Shown here piece by piece: positions 1 to 12,229 of a DNA stretch of 64,000 nucleotides. How positions within the stretch are numbered: position 1 is the first letter of the stretch; each line of letters starts with the position of its first letter. Both the position numbers and the translations under genes were made by a program. Source of the DNA: Perkinsus olseni (taxonomy: Eukaryota). Under the pieces are notes generated by a model, which ran no database searches, was not told the origin of the DNA, and worked only from the letters and a program-made list of their open reading frames with translations. The stretch lies in contig JABANN010000099.1 of the NCBI GenBank assembly GCA_013115125.1, positions 1 through 64,000 of the forward strand. The letters are read 5' to 3'.

Positions 1-3000
1 GTTGCTCATCTCCTCCGCAATGCACAGGCGTACTGGAAATACCGCACATACTGCCACACTGCTCGTACGATGCTCACCACGACTTACTCCCAGCAAGATT
101 CTCTGGCACCTCCGCATATAGGGGCTTCACGTATCCAACACTAACGTCAAGGAGAGGTTGAATGACGACGCCTCCTCGGCGGACCTCCTCGCTGAACCTC
201 TCCTTCACCAAAACGTGTTGTAGCACGACCAACTTAGCGTAGTTGGCCGCGTTAACTCCGTAGAAGACCTTGAGGATGTTGGGGTGACACAGTATCGAGG
301 TAAGGAACTCCCGAATGGCCTTCGGCGCTTCAACGCCGTTGAAGGACTGGTCAGTACTGATGATTCTATTCACCATTATTAAAAACCTGAGGTAGAGAGT
401 AAGTCAAAAAACGCAGAAGTGCAAGAAAATGCAAAAACCTACACCTTCGTCGATGTGGCAATCGCTATGATAGCCGGGGTGGGTCGCTCGAGGAAGAGGG
501 AGATGTCACAGCGAAAGAATACGTCGAAAGCGATGGAGCGGTACGGGGACTGAGGAGGCATCATTAAGGACACCAATCAGCTTGGGCCAGGCATCTCGGC
601 GTAGGCTGTGATAGTACCTCCCCGGGTTGGAAAGTAGTAAGGATGTCTTCTAGCTCCTTCAGCTTAGTAATGGTCTCTATCATATGCACAGCATAGGAGT
701 CGGGCGAGGCCAGGTCCGTCATATCAACTCCTGAACAAACAACACCTTAACGGATGGACTTCTCTGCGCGTCCCCCTTCACGGTTTCAACATATTGGTAC
801 TGGAGGCCACTGACCACGCAGCTATCTCACACAATTAAAACAGCGAGCCATCGCTACCCCCAGCTGCTCATGTTTTATACGATTGAGTTTCCTATTAGTA
901 TTGCAAATACTTTCGCACGAGAAGTGTGAGATTCTCGAGGCCGCCCGAGCAGCCATAGACCCCATCAGACTGGGAGGCGATTCCATCGAGCAGGAAAAGT
1001 GATGAGCGGAAGATAGCAGCCTACCTGGTGGATCGATATACATCGGTAGCCAGAAGTACTTATCATTGGCCTCGTTACAGTCCTCACTGAGTGGCCCGAA
1101 TACGTCTTGGTAATTAGCGGGGTCCCCGCATCCATACTTCATTATAGAAAGGTAATACTCAAGAGCCTGCAAGACCACCACTACCAGCTGAGAAACATAA
1201 GGGTTCTCAACTTACAGGATTGGTGCCCACATCCTTCCCGACTGTACGGCGGAGCTCCGAGCTGGCGAGTAGGAGCTGCGCCTGCGAGGCTCCATCACCC
1301 TCATGGCCGTACTTATTGAATGCCCCTCGTAAAAGCTTCTCGTCGTCGCCTAGGGAAACTCATAAATACCGAACGCATTTCCTCCGCAACCAATGGAAGA
1401 AGGGGGATGGATGGTACTACCAAAAAAATCAATAACATCCTCGGCAGTCATATGACGAGAGGCTATCTGGTCCAGCATCCAACCACGCCGTAGCTTGGAA
1501 TAGAACTGGTCCACATCGTCCGTGCGGAACTCCGAGGGATCTTCGGGACTCGACATCACCGTGATGTCGAAGTCGAACTGAAATCATACAACTGCAGTGC
1601 ACCCGCACAGAGGAGGGAAACCGAGCAGGGCTTCATGCAATAACGGAGAGGCAAGAGCTTCTCCGTTGAAGACGAGCGAGCTAGGACCACCACCCCACCG
1701 ACAGGCTTACCATGATGCATGCCTGCTCGACATCTCTCTGCGAAGGCTCGATGGCCATACCTCTATCCTTGCCGGTGGTCACTCCTTTCTTTCGGCTATT
1801 GTGTTCGAACCTGATTGTACCGTGAATATGAATCAACCAAAGATTCTCAGACGCTCACATATGCTGTCGAATGAGGTAGAGGACGCAGCGCTTCTGGAAG
1901 GCCGTGTCGTTCTTCACTTGCTTCAGCAGCGCCATAAACGAGGTTCTCAGGCGGCTCCAGGAGTCGCCCTTCTTAGCGAAACGATGGACGAAATCAATTT
2001 CGGGGACGATGCACCTGACTTGCAGCTGGCACTGGCAATGACCACTGTAGGGACTCACCAGGCACCGAGCTCGTTCATGACCTCCACGAAGGAGTCGCCA
2101 TCGAGGTTCGAGTGGCTCGATGATGACACCTCGTTGTGGTCGGATTTGAGAGCCTAGCTACGGGATAGCGTAGCCCTGTCAATCGCATGCGCTGCTACTA
2201 CCATTTTGATTCTCTCGTGAATTGGAGTTTTCTCTTTCAGTACTTCCGGAGAGTAATCGGCCGCCAGAGCAGAGGCCTCCTCTTGCACTGTTATTTTCAT
2301 CTCCGTAACCATTCGATCACCATACCTACACCAGAGCGTCCCTTCCCAGAGAGCATGAAGCTGCCCGATGGATAGAACCTTACGCGTGAAGGACTATCGT
2401 CCAGAGGCGGAGGTCTATCGCGTACCACCGCTTCAGCACACCACAGCTCTCGATAAAACGACGGAACCTGCCGAACCAAAGACGGGTGGTGGACGCGTGA
2501 GAACGCATTTAAGAAAGTCCTACGCCCTCGTATTCTTGAGACTCTTCTTAACATCCCTGATGCCTTCATACTGGCCTGAGCACCATTACACTATACCTTC
2601 TTAGATGTGCATGCGTGCAGGAGCTGTCCCACCAAACTTTCCCTGAATGTATCCTCGCACGACGGCCAGTAGACAGTTGGCTATATAGAAGGGATCATCC
2701 CAATCCACAGTCAACATGGCGAGAGTATTCGGGATCCTCAGTACCATGCCACGAATCTGATCGAAAGGTCTCGCTCTCTCTGGAACCTTGCCAGCCTTCC
2801 ACTAGCCCGCAAAGCTATCTCCAACAACCGGGGCCCGACGGGCCTACCCTCTCGAGAGTCTCATCATTATTGTGCCCTCCGTCGAAGGCGATTGCACAGG
2901 CAGTCTCTTCCGCCCGGCGTATAAGCTGCCGACTCTGTTCCTTCTGGTAACTGTCGGGCTCCCTTTCCTCCTTGCCAGCCACAATAAGCTGAATCCCTCG

Positions 3001-3174
3001 GATGTACCTGCAGCGCCTACCATGTCAACCCGAAAGGCCCAGGTACAGGTCACGACTCCTACAGTCTGCCCCTACCACAACTTACGCATCGTAGTCACCC
3101 TTGGCGAGCTCCTCGATGCAGCTGTCGACCGTCACCTCCTCACCCTCCCCTCCGGTAGGCCCAGTTGCGGACAT
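1..3174 (-). CDS. Multi-exon gene, 3' end off-window. C-terminal DnaQ-fold 3'-5' exonuclease-like domain (Mut-7/EXD3/WRN-exo type), probably catalytically inactive
   Basis: Spliced exons at 540-74 read RSIAFDVFFRCDISLFLERPTPAIIAIATSTKVFLIMVNRI...IREFLTSILCHPNILKVFYG. This matches the Mut-7/WRN-exo pattern (hhGhDxEW...AllQlAt...vflid...ll.dp.ilKvg). Putative ATG at 3174 (MSATGPTGGEGEE). Intermediate exons were only partly traced. Confidence 0.6.
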
Positions 3175-3350
3175 GCGAGTACAACAACACGCAACTGGCA
3201 AGGGAATCGCCATAGCGTAGCTGGTGTCGGATAAGGAACGAACCAAATCTACACCCAAGCACAAGAATCTGCCTTTAGAAGAAACACTCCATTCAATCAA
3301 TCACAGTCAACTTGTGGTACAGTCTAGCGGCAGACGCACTCAGCGAAAAA

Positions 3351-6300
3351 TCATCGTCGGCCCCGGGGCTCAAGGTCCAATACAGCAGTCGGCACCCAAC
3401 CCAAGTCGCCATCCTTATTAACCATAGTCCAGCCAGAGCCATCATTGTCCAACTCGGACAGGAGCACCTCATCGCCGACGCTTAGAGGGAGCTGAGGAAT
3501 AACAAGACGTCAATCGAGAAGGCGTTCTCGAGAGAGTGGATTGAAGCGGCCATGGAAGGAGATTACACCGACATGACGGTAAATAGAAAGTCACTGACTA
3601 GAGGGGACTGTGTGGTCACGGACCAAAGGGACGCGGTAGGGAATACTACGATGTAGACAAGAAGCCTATCCAAAATAGGGCATGATTAATCGTACGATAG
3701 GCACAATGCGCAGTAAGTTCGAACCCTCCCAAGCTGACCTGATTGTCATCTCCAGCATCTGGCGTGTAGGAGCTCTTCACTATGACGGGGTGGCCTACGC
3801 CGGGCCTAGAGGGCCCCTCCGTCCGCTCTGGGCACTGGTCATTACAGTTCTCTGCATGCTGCTGTAATGAATCTGGAACAGTAGAGTGAAGAACGTTGTA
3901 GAGACGTGAAGACATCGACCTACCCTCATCTGGAAATTTGGCATGGCACATCGGGCAGCAGCCATCCGGTACTGAGTCAGCCCGACCCGAGCCTCGCGAT
4001 GCGGCCTGCTCCCATTGTTCGAACTGCAAAAAGTGCCATACCACTCCACCCCCAATCACGGACACATTGGATATAATGCCTATATGCACTGGCTGTCACA
4101 CTCAAGACCTCACCACGCCAGCTCAATGCCTCGCTAATAGCGAGTCGCTATCGTCCGGCGAGGCTATAACACCCAATACCGTATTACTTCCCGCTCCTGC
4201 ATCATCACAGGCTGCACCGGAGGACTCCGCAATGCACTCATAGAATCCACCGAGGGTGGTCCAAGCGCCCTCGGGGGGCTGGGTGGCCCGGGAAGCATAC
4301 CTCGATCTGGCGTCCGGACCTAACGAGTAAATCCTGTGCAACTCCACCCCGATCGTCACCATCCTCTGCGGTAATCGAATACGTTGTAGCTCAGACTCAC
4401 CGGAGCGGCTGCTTCGTCAAATCTCCGGCCATCCGAGGAAGAAGTTACTGATCTCCTGTCAAAACTAATTAGGTCGCGGTTATCAGAGGACCGCAGAGGC
4501 GGATGAGCGGCGGCGGTGGACGCCTCTCTGTCAAAAGCCTCGAGCCCCCAGAGCAGCCTGGGATGGGGATCCACTGCTGGCGTGTAGTCCAAATTAAACA
4601 TTCGAGTGACCATATCCCCGTGGTGGTTGTGGCATCTGATAACAACAGATGTAACAGATGCAGTGAGCAGCATCGCAGCGACCACCCCTACTCTTCAAGC
4701 CGCTTATCCAGCCGTCCTCGTTCCTGCTGCAGACGTAATCTCAGTGCTCTAAGCTCCTCTCTAGACATGTGCTTGACAGAGTCTTTAGTGATGCTAAGAT
4801 AAGGCAACAGATGAGACAGGCCCGGTGGCAACACAGATCCCTACTCCCTGTACATGTCCTCCACTGAGAGGTCAAACGGCATCGAGACCAGCTGGTTGGC
4901 GTCGTCCACGAACACCATCCTGCGCAGCACGAGCTGTCAATGATGATGCCATCGCAAGGCTACCCCTACCGGCGTTCATCGTGCTCGAAGCGTATCTTTG
5001 GCATCTGTCTATGTCCAATGCGAGGTCGAGCATACCAGGGGTCCTACGACGATCACTGCCACGTCTTCAATAGTATCCCCTCGTACTGGTCTGGATTCAA
5101 TGAACCTTGCTCGGGAATCTCGTACTTGCTGAACGTCATCCTTATAGGTCCGCCCTGCGTGTGGCCATCGGAGAGACTCTTCCGTCTGTCGTCGCGTATC
5201 GTAACGAGGCTGCACACCCGGCGAGCGGCGATACTCCCGATCGTACTCGATCCTGCGGAGGGAGTCCGGGCAGAGGGGATCCTGAAAAGCGCGCAAGAGA
5301 TCACCCGACAACCGGCCTCCTGGCAGGACGACATCCACCGCCATTTCGACCTCATGAGAAGCATAACGCATCGGCTCCCTCTCATAGCGGTCCGATCGGT
5401 CGAGCTGATAGTATTCCCCCCTGGAAGATGGCTCAGCCTGAGCAGGCGCCTGTACCTAGGGCGTTACTCCGTGGCCACTCACCCTTCTAGGATCGTAAGG
5501 ATCGATGTAGTCTTCGGAGGAGTAGTACGACTGCTGCTGCTGCTGCTGTCTTGGCTCGCTATACCGTACCTTGCTCCAATAGGTTCATTCACCGCACGGT
5601 CGAAATGAGCCTACCTGGCTCAGGCTCTGGCGGGGATCAGGGGCAAAATCTTCCCGCCTAGGAGGCGCCAGGTCCTGCTCAATCCTATGCTCTGAACCCG
5701 AAAAACTTGGGACTTGCCGGTACTCTACTTCAGATGAGCCCACCAGCATCCCGAGGTGCCACTGCCGGACCATTTCTCTCCGCGCCGTAGCGGGTTGCCG
5801 GTCTCATCAATGCAGCGTTGTTTTCTGCTGCCTGCAGCCTTCCGTTGACCCTGGGCGGGCCATCATACTCGACCGGGCGCCTGATCAGTACCGATTAGCA
5901 CAATGTCAGCGGATAGCATAACCAACCCCCCACACTCACATTCGCTCTCCCATATCCCTCTGAGGCTGCTGCTGTTGTTGATAGGATCCAGCATAACGAG
6001 CCTGCTGCTGCTGCTGCTGCTGCCCGCCGACTCCGTGTCCGAACTGAAACCCAGAAGCAGCATTGGCCTAGGATGGTTCTTCAAGTCCCCCTCCTACAGC
6101 GGGCTCCTGCTGTCGACTCATATCTGTGCCAACCATATGCTCGTATCCTATGGTACGTCTCGGTTCCTGGTGGGAGACCTAGTAAGATGACAATCTCAAA
6201 GCAAAGTCAGTTTCTTCACCAATTCCAGTCTCCATCACCTGTGGACCGAGCTGCCCGTATGGCTGCTGTTGTTGCGGCTGTTGCATATATCGATCGTCCA

Positions 6301-8268
6301 CATGCTGCGGAGGCGGAGCGTAGCCTCGCTGAGGTAGTGGAGGAGCCATACCAACAGGCCCCGTGGGAGGTGTGGGCAGAGCGCTCTCTTGGTATCCCCG
6401 TGTATCAGGCTGCTCCCTAGGAGCTGCAGCCTGCCACCGACAATCTCAGCTTGCACTGCCAATGCACAGTGCCAAGTTACCTCTTCCCTCGGATACTGGT
6501 CCGGGTAAGTGTCCTCGTAGCCCTCAGGCTGCTGTTGCTGCTGCTGCTGCTGGAGCAGCTGACCAGAATTATTGTTCTCCAGCCGCCTCTCCTGGTATGA
6601 GTCCTCGAACCGCGGCGGCGGCGCAGCATGCTGCTGCTGCTGTATTTGTGATGGCTCGCCCTACAGAGGATACGACTCCACCAACGCCCTCGACATTCTG
6701 CCTCTATCGCCGCTACGCGTATAACGACTACTAGTCGTCGACTAGCGTCGCATCCGGAGCCGCTTCTATTACCCCCACTAGTCCTTCGTCTTGTGCTGCT
6801 GCTGCCGCCTTCATCATTCCGCGGCCCTCATTACGCTGTTGTTCCAGCTGCCGAAAGCCGAAAACATCATCGTTAATACCTCGTTAAGACCACTACCTTA
6901 TGCTGCAGCATCGCCCATTCTTGCTTGAGATGTTCCATACTGGGCTGCTGTTCGCCCTGGGCCGCCGTGTCATCATCCCCGGAGTCCCCACTGACCACTG
7001 GCTGGGGCGCTGTATCTACCATAGTACTAGATCTCCACAGAAACCTTCATCTCCGAGGCCAGCTTCGACCCGCATTATCACCTTCCTGAGCCGGTGGTCC
7101 CTGGAAGTGCTGCTGCTGTTGCTGGTCTGAACTGTGTCCGCTGGGGTGTGAGCTGTCATCTCGGAACATAGGAAGGAGATTGGTAATATCCATCGCATTA
7201 CCGCCCGTCCTAAGGACGCCGCTGCTGGGCTCAGTGTCCGGCTCTCGGATCGTTCTGCTCACCTCTCATCGGGCCGATCATCCGGACTCGGCCCTTCTTG
7301 GTAGTAGCCCGTCCCCTTACCACCATCAAACGCCCCTTTACCACCATCGTACCCTCCCTTGCCACCATCGTACCCTCCCTTGCCGCCATCATACCCCGCT
7401 TTGCCACCATCATAGCCTCCCTTGCCACTGTCATAGCCTCCCTTGCCGCCATCATACCCCGCTTTGCCACCATCATAGCCTCCCTTGCCATCCCAGCCCC
7501 CCTTTCCTCCATCATACCCTCCCTTACCCTTGCCAAAGCCCTTCGCTCCTATCCCGTTCATAGACGGATTAGGAGCCGAGCTCTTTGGAGCCACCGGCAC
7601 GGAGTTGCCTCCTCTGAAGACAAAGTACCTCATACTCAACCCCAAGGACGATGGACTGCTATGGTGAAGCGGCGCAGCGTCATGAGGCGATCACTATGAA
7701 CCTACCTTCCTCTCCAAGTGCTGGGCCCAGCGGAGTGAGAGGGCTGCGACGGCGGAGCACTCGTTGGGATCTTGGGACTACACAAGGCACGCAATTCACG
7801 TTCAGACCCAGCGTGCCGATGGTTGGAGATAAGCCTCCTAATCAATCCGACGGTCGGATTCCGACCCACAAGAAGTCGAAGCACTTAGTGCGAAAAATTT
7901 GCTCCTTAAAAACGCATTCAAGCACCCGGCCACATCAAAGGTGAATGGCACAAAGGAACAGGGGGCAATGTAATCGATACCTCAACTGCCTATCTTGTGT
8001 TACTTTCACAGTAATGCACAAATAGCCTCTGGGTCACGGCCCTCACTATTGCGCGGATGATGTAAGCGGCTCCGTTCTTACTCACACGAAGAACTATCAT
8101 CATGATTTACAACTGTAACGCTCACAAAAGTGGCAGGACGTGACTTACTACGACAGCATAATACTACATATTGTGATTGTATGGGCAGGTAAGCTTCTGG
8201 GAGCAATGCCCAGTCTGCTTCAGCTCCGGGCATATCAATCGAGATGGATGGATACTCGGTGCCGCCAT
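3351..8268 (-). CDS. Multi-exon protein: N-terminal CCCH zinc finger, GGYDGGK repeats, Q-rich and RS/RE-rich low-complexity regions, coiled coil, NEMO/UBZ-type zinc finger, C-terminal SH3 domain
   Basis: ATG 8268 gives MAAPSIHPSRLICPELKQTGHCSQKLTCPYNH (C-x8-C-x5-C-x3-H), spliced in frame to PKIPTSAPP at ~7778. After removing GT-AG introns the C-terminus reads CPMCHAKFPDEDSLQQHAENC and VIVKSSYTPDAGDDNQLPLSVGDEVLLSELDNDGSGWTMVNKDGDLGWVPTAVL. Single-gene continuity through 4100-7000 is only partly traced. Confidence 0.65.
7310..7540 (-). repeat. Coding tandem repeat, about 10 x 21 bp, encoding (G/A)GYDGGK
   Basis: Directly visible (ccaccatcgtaccctcccttg-type units); ORF 7259..7645. Confidence 0.95.
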
Positions 8269-8407
8269 GGCAGAAACTACCATTCCATACAGCCCGATTG
8301 AGGAGCAGCTGAACTCAACAACACCTTCATCGTTAACATGTGTAAATCCGCACTCTTTCAATGCCTCACCTCACAACTGGCACGTGTTGGCATGAACCAC
8401 ACTTGGC

Positions 8408-11400
8408 CTACGCGCTTGGCCTCAACCATATAGGGCCACCACTGGTGTTAGAGAAGCGTATGTCAATGATGCTACCGAACACCAAGGATATGATGGCCGA
8501 TAACTTCACTAGGATATTCAAACTCGGCCCTGAGGTGTCCTTCAGAGGATCCCCTACAGTATCCCCTGTCACAGCATGCTTGTGCGTAGAGCTGCCCTTG
8601 CCGTGCTCAGGGCCCAGCCCGCCAGACTCTATGTACCTGAGGAACACCGCAAGATCCGAGATACGTTACGAAAGATATGGTACTTCTTGGCATTGTCCCA
8701 CGCCCCGCCAGTGTTGGACATAGATATAGCCATTTGCACTCCCGAGCTGAGGGCTCCGACGAGGAGGCCAGCCGTCGCGTTCTTACCACACAGCACGCCG
8801 AATACTAGCGGAGATAAGATAACAAGCGCTCCAGGTAGGATCATTTCTTTCAGACTCGCTGATGTCGATATAGAGATGCATCTCGTGTAACTGAGGAGAA
8901 AATTATAACCTCCAGTTCCGTGAAACCCGGCATGCGCAGGACAAGAAACAGGAAAAGACACGCACAGTTCGAATAGCTACAGAGACAGCGCGTGTCTCCA
9001 CTCACTCAGGAGGCGCCTCGCCGTTGATGATCTTAGGGAACTGTCGCATGCACTCGTCCACCATGTCAGTGGCAGCTTTGCCCACTGACTTCATCGTAAG
9101 CGCCGAGAACGCATAGGGCATCATAGCACCGTACAGGACACCGGCAAAGGTCCACGCGTTAAGTACATTAACCTGCCGGGCACTACTCTCTCACTCATGC
9201 AGATCGGCTGCAGACCCACCTTCTCTATGTTAGCCCGAGTACAGAAAGCCCCAAACAACGCCAACGCAACCAAAGCCGCGCTCCCTATCGCGAACCCCTT
9301 GCCGACCGCTGCCGTTGTATTTCCTGCGGCGTCCAAAGCATCCGTACGACGCCTGCGTGACAACGTGGTCGCGGACAAGTGAAGAAACTTCCCACCTAAC
9401 AGATGCCCCCAAATGAGACATCTCCGCTATTCCTCCCGCGTTGTCCGCTATCGGGCCATAGGCGTCTATGGCCAGTCCAACACAAAGGGTGGACAGCATA
9501 CCTACTCACGCTTAGAAGACCGGAACGAGGGATGAGGCTTACCTAGGGCTGCTAGCGCAATACCGTACATTCCGCAAAACTCGTGAGATACTAGTATGGT
9601 GACACTGAGGGCCAGTACGGGTACTATGGTCGAGAGGTACCTGAGGCAGTCATCTTGAACCAGTCGCCTGAATCACCACACTACCCCAAGGCTAGGCCGT
9701 ATATAATGCCGGTAGCAGCAGACGTCCTCTGACTCAGGGCTATATCCCTGACGGGACGGTAGCTGTGACTCGTGAAGTATCTGGCACACCGAAGCCTTTT
9801 CTTGTTAACGATTGGCACCACGCAGGACTCACTCTGTGACCAAACCGACAAGGAGGCCGGACCATAGGCCCATCAATACTGAGGCCATACAGGCGTACCT
9901 GATAACCATCGCTAGCACTGATGACGAGAGCCTCCTTTCCCGCACTACCACTCCACCATCTTCCCTGCATCCTCTTCCTTCAGGCTCTGGGGCAGCAGTG
10001 GGGATCGGATACCCACCATGAACTCTGGCGGCAGGCAAACATAGGAGAGTCCCACGATAGCCGGCGTCATCAGCAACGTCGAGACGAATAGCAGTGATCT
10101 ACACAGACCAAGTGGGCATCCACCGCACCCCAGCGAGGATCACCTACTTGAGTGAGCGCTCAATGCAAGCTATCTCTTTGACAGGCATCAGCACAGGCAC
10201 CAGCAGCACCGTAATCCAGCTCACGAAGATACCTGGGACCATCACAAGAGCTTACCCATTCCCAGGAGGAGTGGGCCTACTACCCGAGGAGGAGATGAGC
10301 AAGGGATACATTATTGGGGCTTCGTAGATATTCAAATGGGATAGGGTGGAGCTGAGGGGAATAGATCAGCATACCGACAGGCCTTTGCGGAGCACTCACT
10401 TGCCAATGAGGACAAAGGCCGCACAAGTAGCCTCAGCAAAGGAACCGAACAGGTCCGCACCCATGCCCGCTATATCACCAACATTATCACCTACAAGGCG
10501 GAGCATGATCGGCGATGGCAGCAGCAAGGCCCCCATCAGACCTACCAACATTGTCCGCGATACACGCCGGGTTACGCGGGTCGTCCTCGTCCATACCGTA
10601 CTCATTCTTGCCTAAGAATAGGAGAACTCACGACTGATACCCTCCCCATGGCCGCTGCTAGTACCGCTAAGATCTGCTCCCACATCAGCAGCCTTCGTGT
10701 ATATACCTCCCCCAACTCGGGCGAAGAGAGCTATTGAGGAGGCTCCCAACCCGTACCTTACAGCAACACCAACTTCCCGGCTACTCGTTGGATTCTATTG
10801 ATCTCAATCAACGGACACCGGAAGCTGGGACAAGAGGTCCACCGTTCCGGCGTCTATGGTCTCTATCCGCACGTGGCACAGTTACTACCCTGCGAGGGCC
10901 TCGAACAGTATACTCGGGCCGTCATAGCTCTTCCCTGAGTTCTCCAACTTCATCACAGCATTCAGCAGGGCTGTTAGGCCGAATATGGTAAGCACGCCCA
11001 GACTGAACAATTGGAAGGTACCACTGGACCGGCACCGTCCCCCCTACTACCTCACTAGGCTGAAGCCCATAACTGAACCGCCACGGATCGCTACGTCATA
11101 TCCCAGCCGTAGACTTTTCCAACACTCGTGAGCAGTGCGGACCTAGACGCGATGGTGAGGGAAGCTATCCCCGAGGGTTGGCCCACTTACGTTGCAAAAG
11201 ACCGCTGTCCGCATGCCAATGAAGCCCGAAAGGCAGCTGGTGATGGCGCCGACTAGGAAGGCAAGGGCGGCAAACCAGCTGGTGATGACTCCAATAACGA
11301 TACCGAAGACAATTATATAAACTAGGAGGTACCTGGTAGTCCCGGAATCCACAGCGGAGCGAAGCTAGACTAGGCCTACTTGTACTCCTCTACTAAGAAG

Positions 11401-12023
11401 GCAGTGGCACCCTCGGCAATATGCGCACTGACCTCACGCATCATCTTAAGTGACTTCTCCACAGCATTGGACTCGGCGAGTAGAGGAGAGTCCCTACGTA
11501 CATACACAAGTACTGTATACGGCTTGAGGCCGTCCCAGACAGTACCCGTCGGTAGAAACCCCCGAGTCAGTGGCGACAGAGGAGGAGTTGACGCCGCTGC
11601 CGTCGATAGGCAGCTTATGCAGGCGTAAGATCTGAGGGTCGGAGGGGATTCTCTGTGGCTGTGAGTCATGAGGTTAGATACCTCTATGACTCCCCAGGAA
11701 AGGCCGATGCATGCTGGTGCCAAGACAAGGAGGATGACACCCCAGAGGGGCATGATGTAGGAGCCAGGCTCCACGTTCAAACCCGGAATGACCTGTGAGT
11801 CAGTAATAGTCACGCGCCACGAAATTATCGGGCCCTCATTACATCCCCGATCGTCGGCCCTCTGGTCGAGGGGTCCGCTGCCACTCCCGTCTCGGTGCCT
11901 CCAGCAATGCCGAGTACCTGCAAACCAAACTGGGGGACTGGCCGAGGTGCCTTCAACTCTCACTTGAGCGATGAGGACGAGCTTGATGGTATCGGTCAAT
12001 ATATACCACGAACTATCATGCAT
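8408..12023 (-). CDS. VP1: Vacuolar-type H+-translocating pyrophosphatase, K+-stimulated type
   Basis: Motifs [69 protein letters not shown] and [21 protein letters not shown] lie across many exons. Start at 12023 (or 11753) is inferred. Confidence 0.96.
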
Positions 12024-12229
12024 TCCAAAAAATGGCTGACAAAAAGGAGGGTCCCTCAAGCGAAGGTCGCCACGCAGATTAGCACAAGCGGAAGTCGCGC
12101 TCGTGTGCGGGCGCACGCTTTTTACAGCATAGTCGCGCGCGCCACGAAATTCGTCATGATACCCACGTTGTTGAGTCGTTGGCGATCTCCGCGTCCCTGA
12201 ATATACTGTGGTGCTTCTTAGTTGGTGCC
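12024..12229. promoter_or_regulatory. Candidate bidirectional promoter (~200 bp divergent strand switch)
   Basis: Lies between head-to-head VP1 and NOC4, is CG-rich, and contains CGCGCCACGAAATT at 12138-12151. Confidence 0.5.

Noticed and set aside
7180..7699. Plus-strand His/Cys-rich and hydrophobic repeat ORFs
   Set aside because: These are shadow frames of the GGYDGGK coding repeat.
1..8300. Apparent pseudogene, RIP-like decay or stop-codon readthrough (many in-frame TGA/TAG)
   Set aside because: In the segments I traced, the stops fall inside short GT-AG introns, and splicing restores coherent domains (SH3, UBZ, exonuclease).
8164..8407. CCCH finger as a read-through extension of the H+-PPase
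   Set aside because: It has its own ATG (8268) and splices in frame to the downstream gene.
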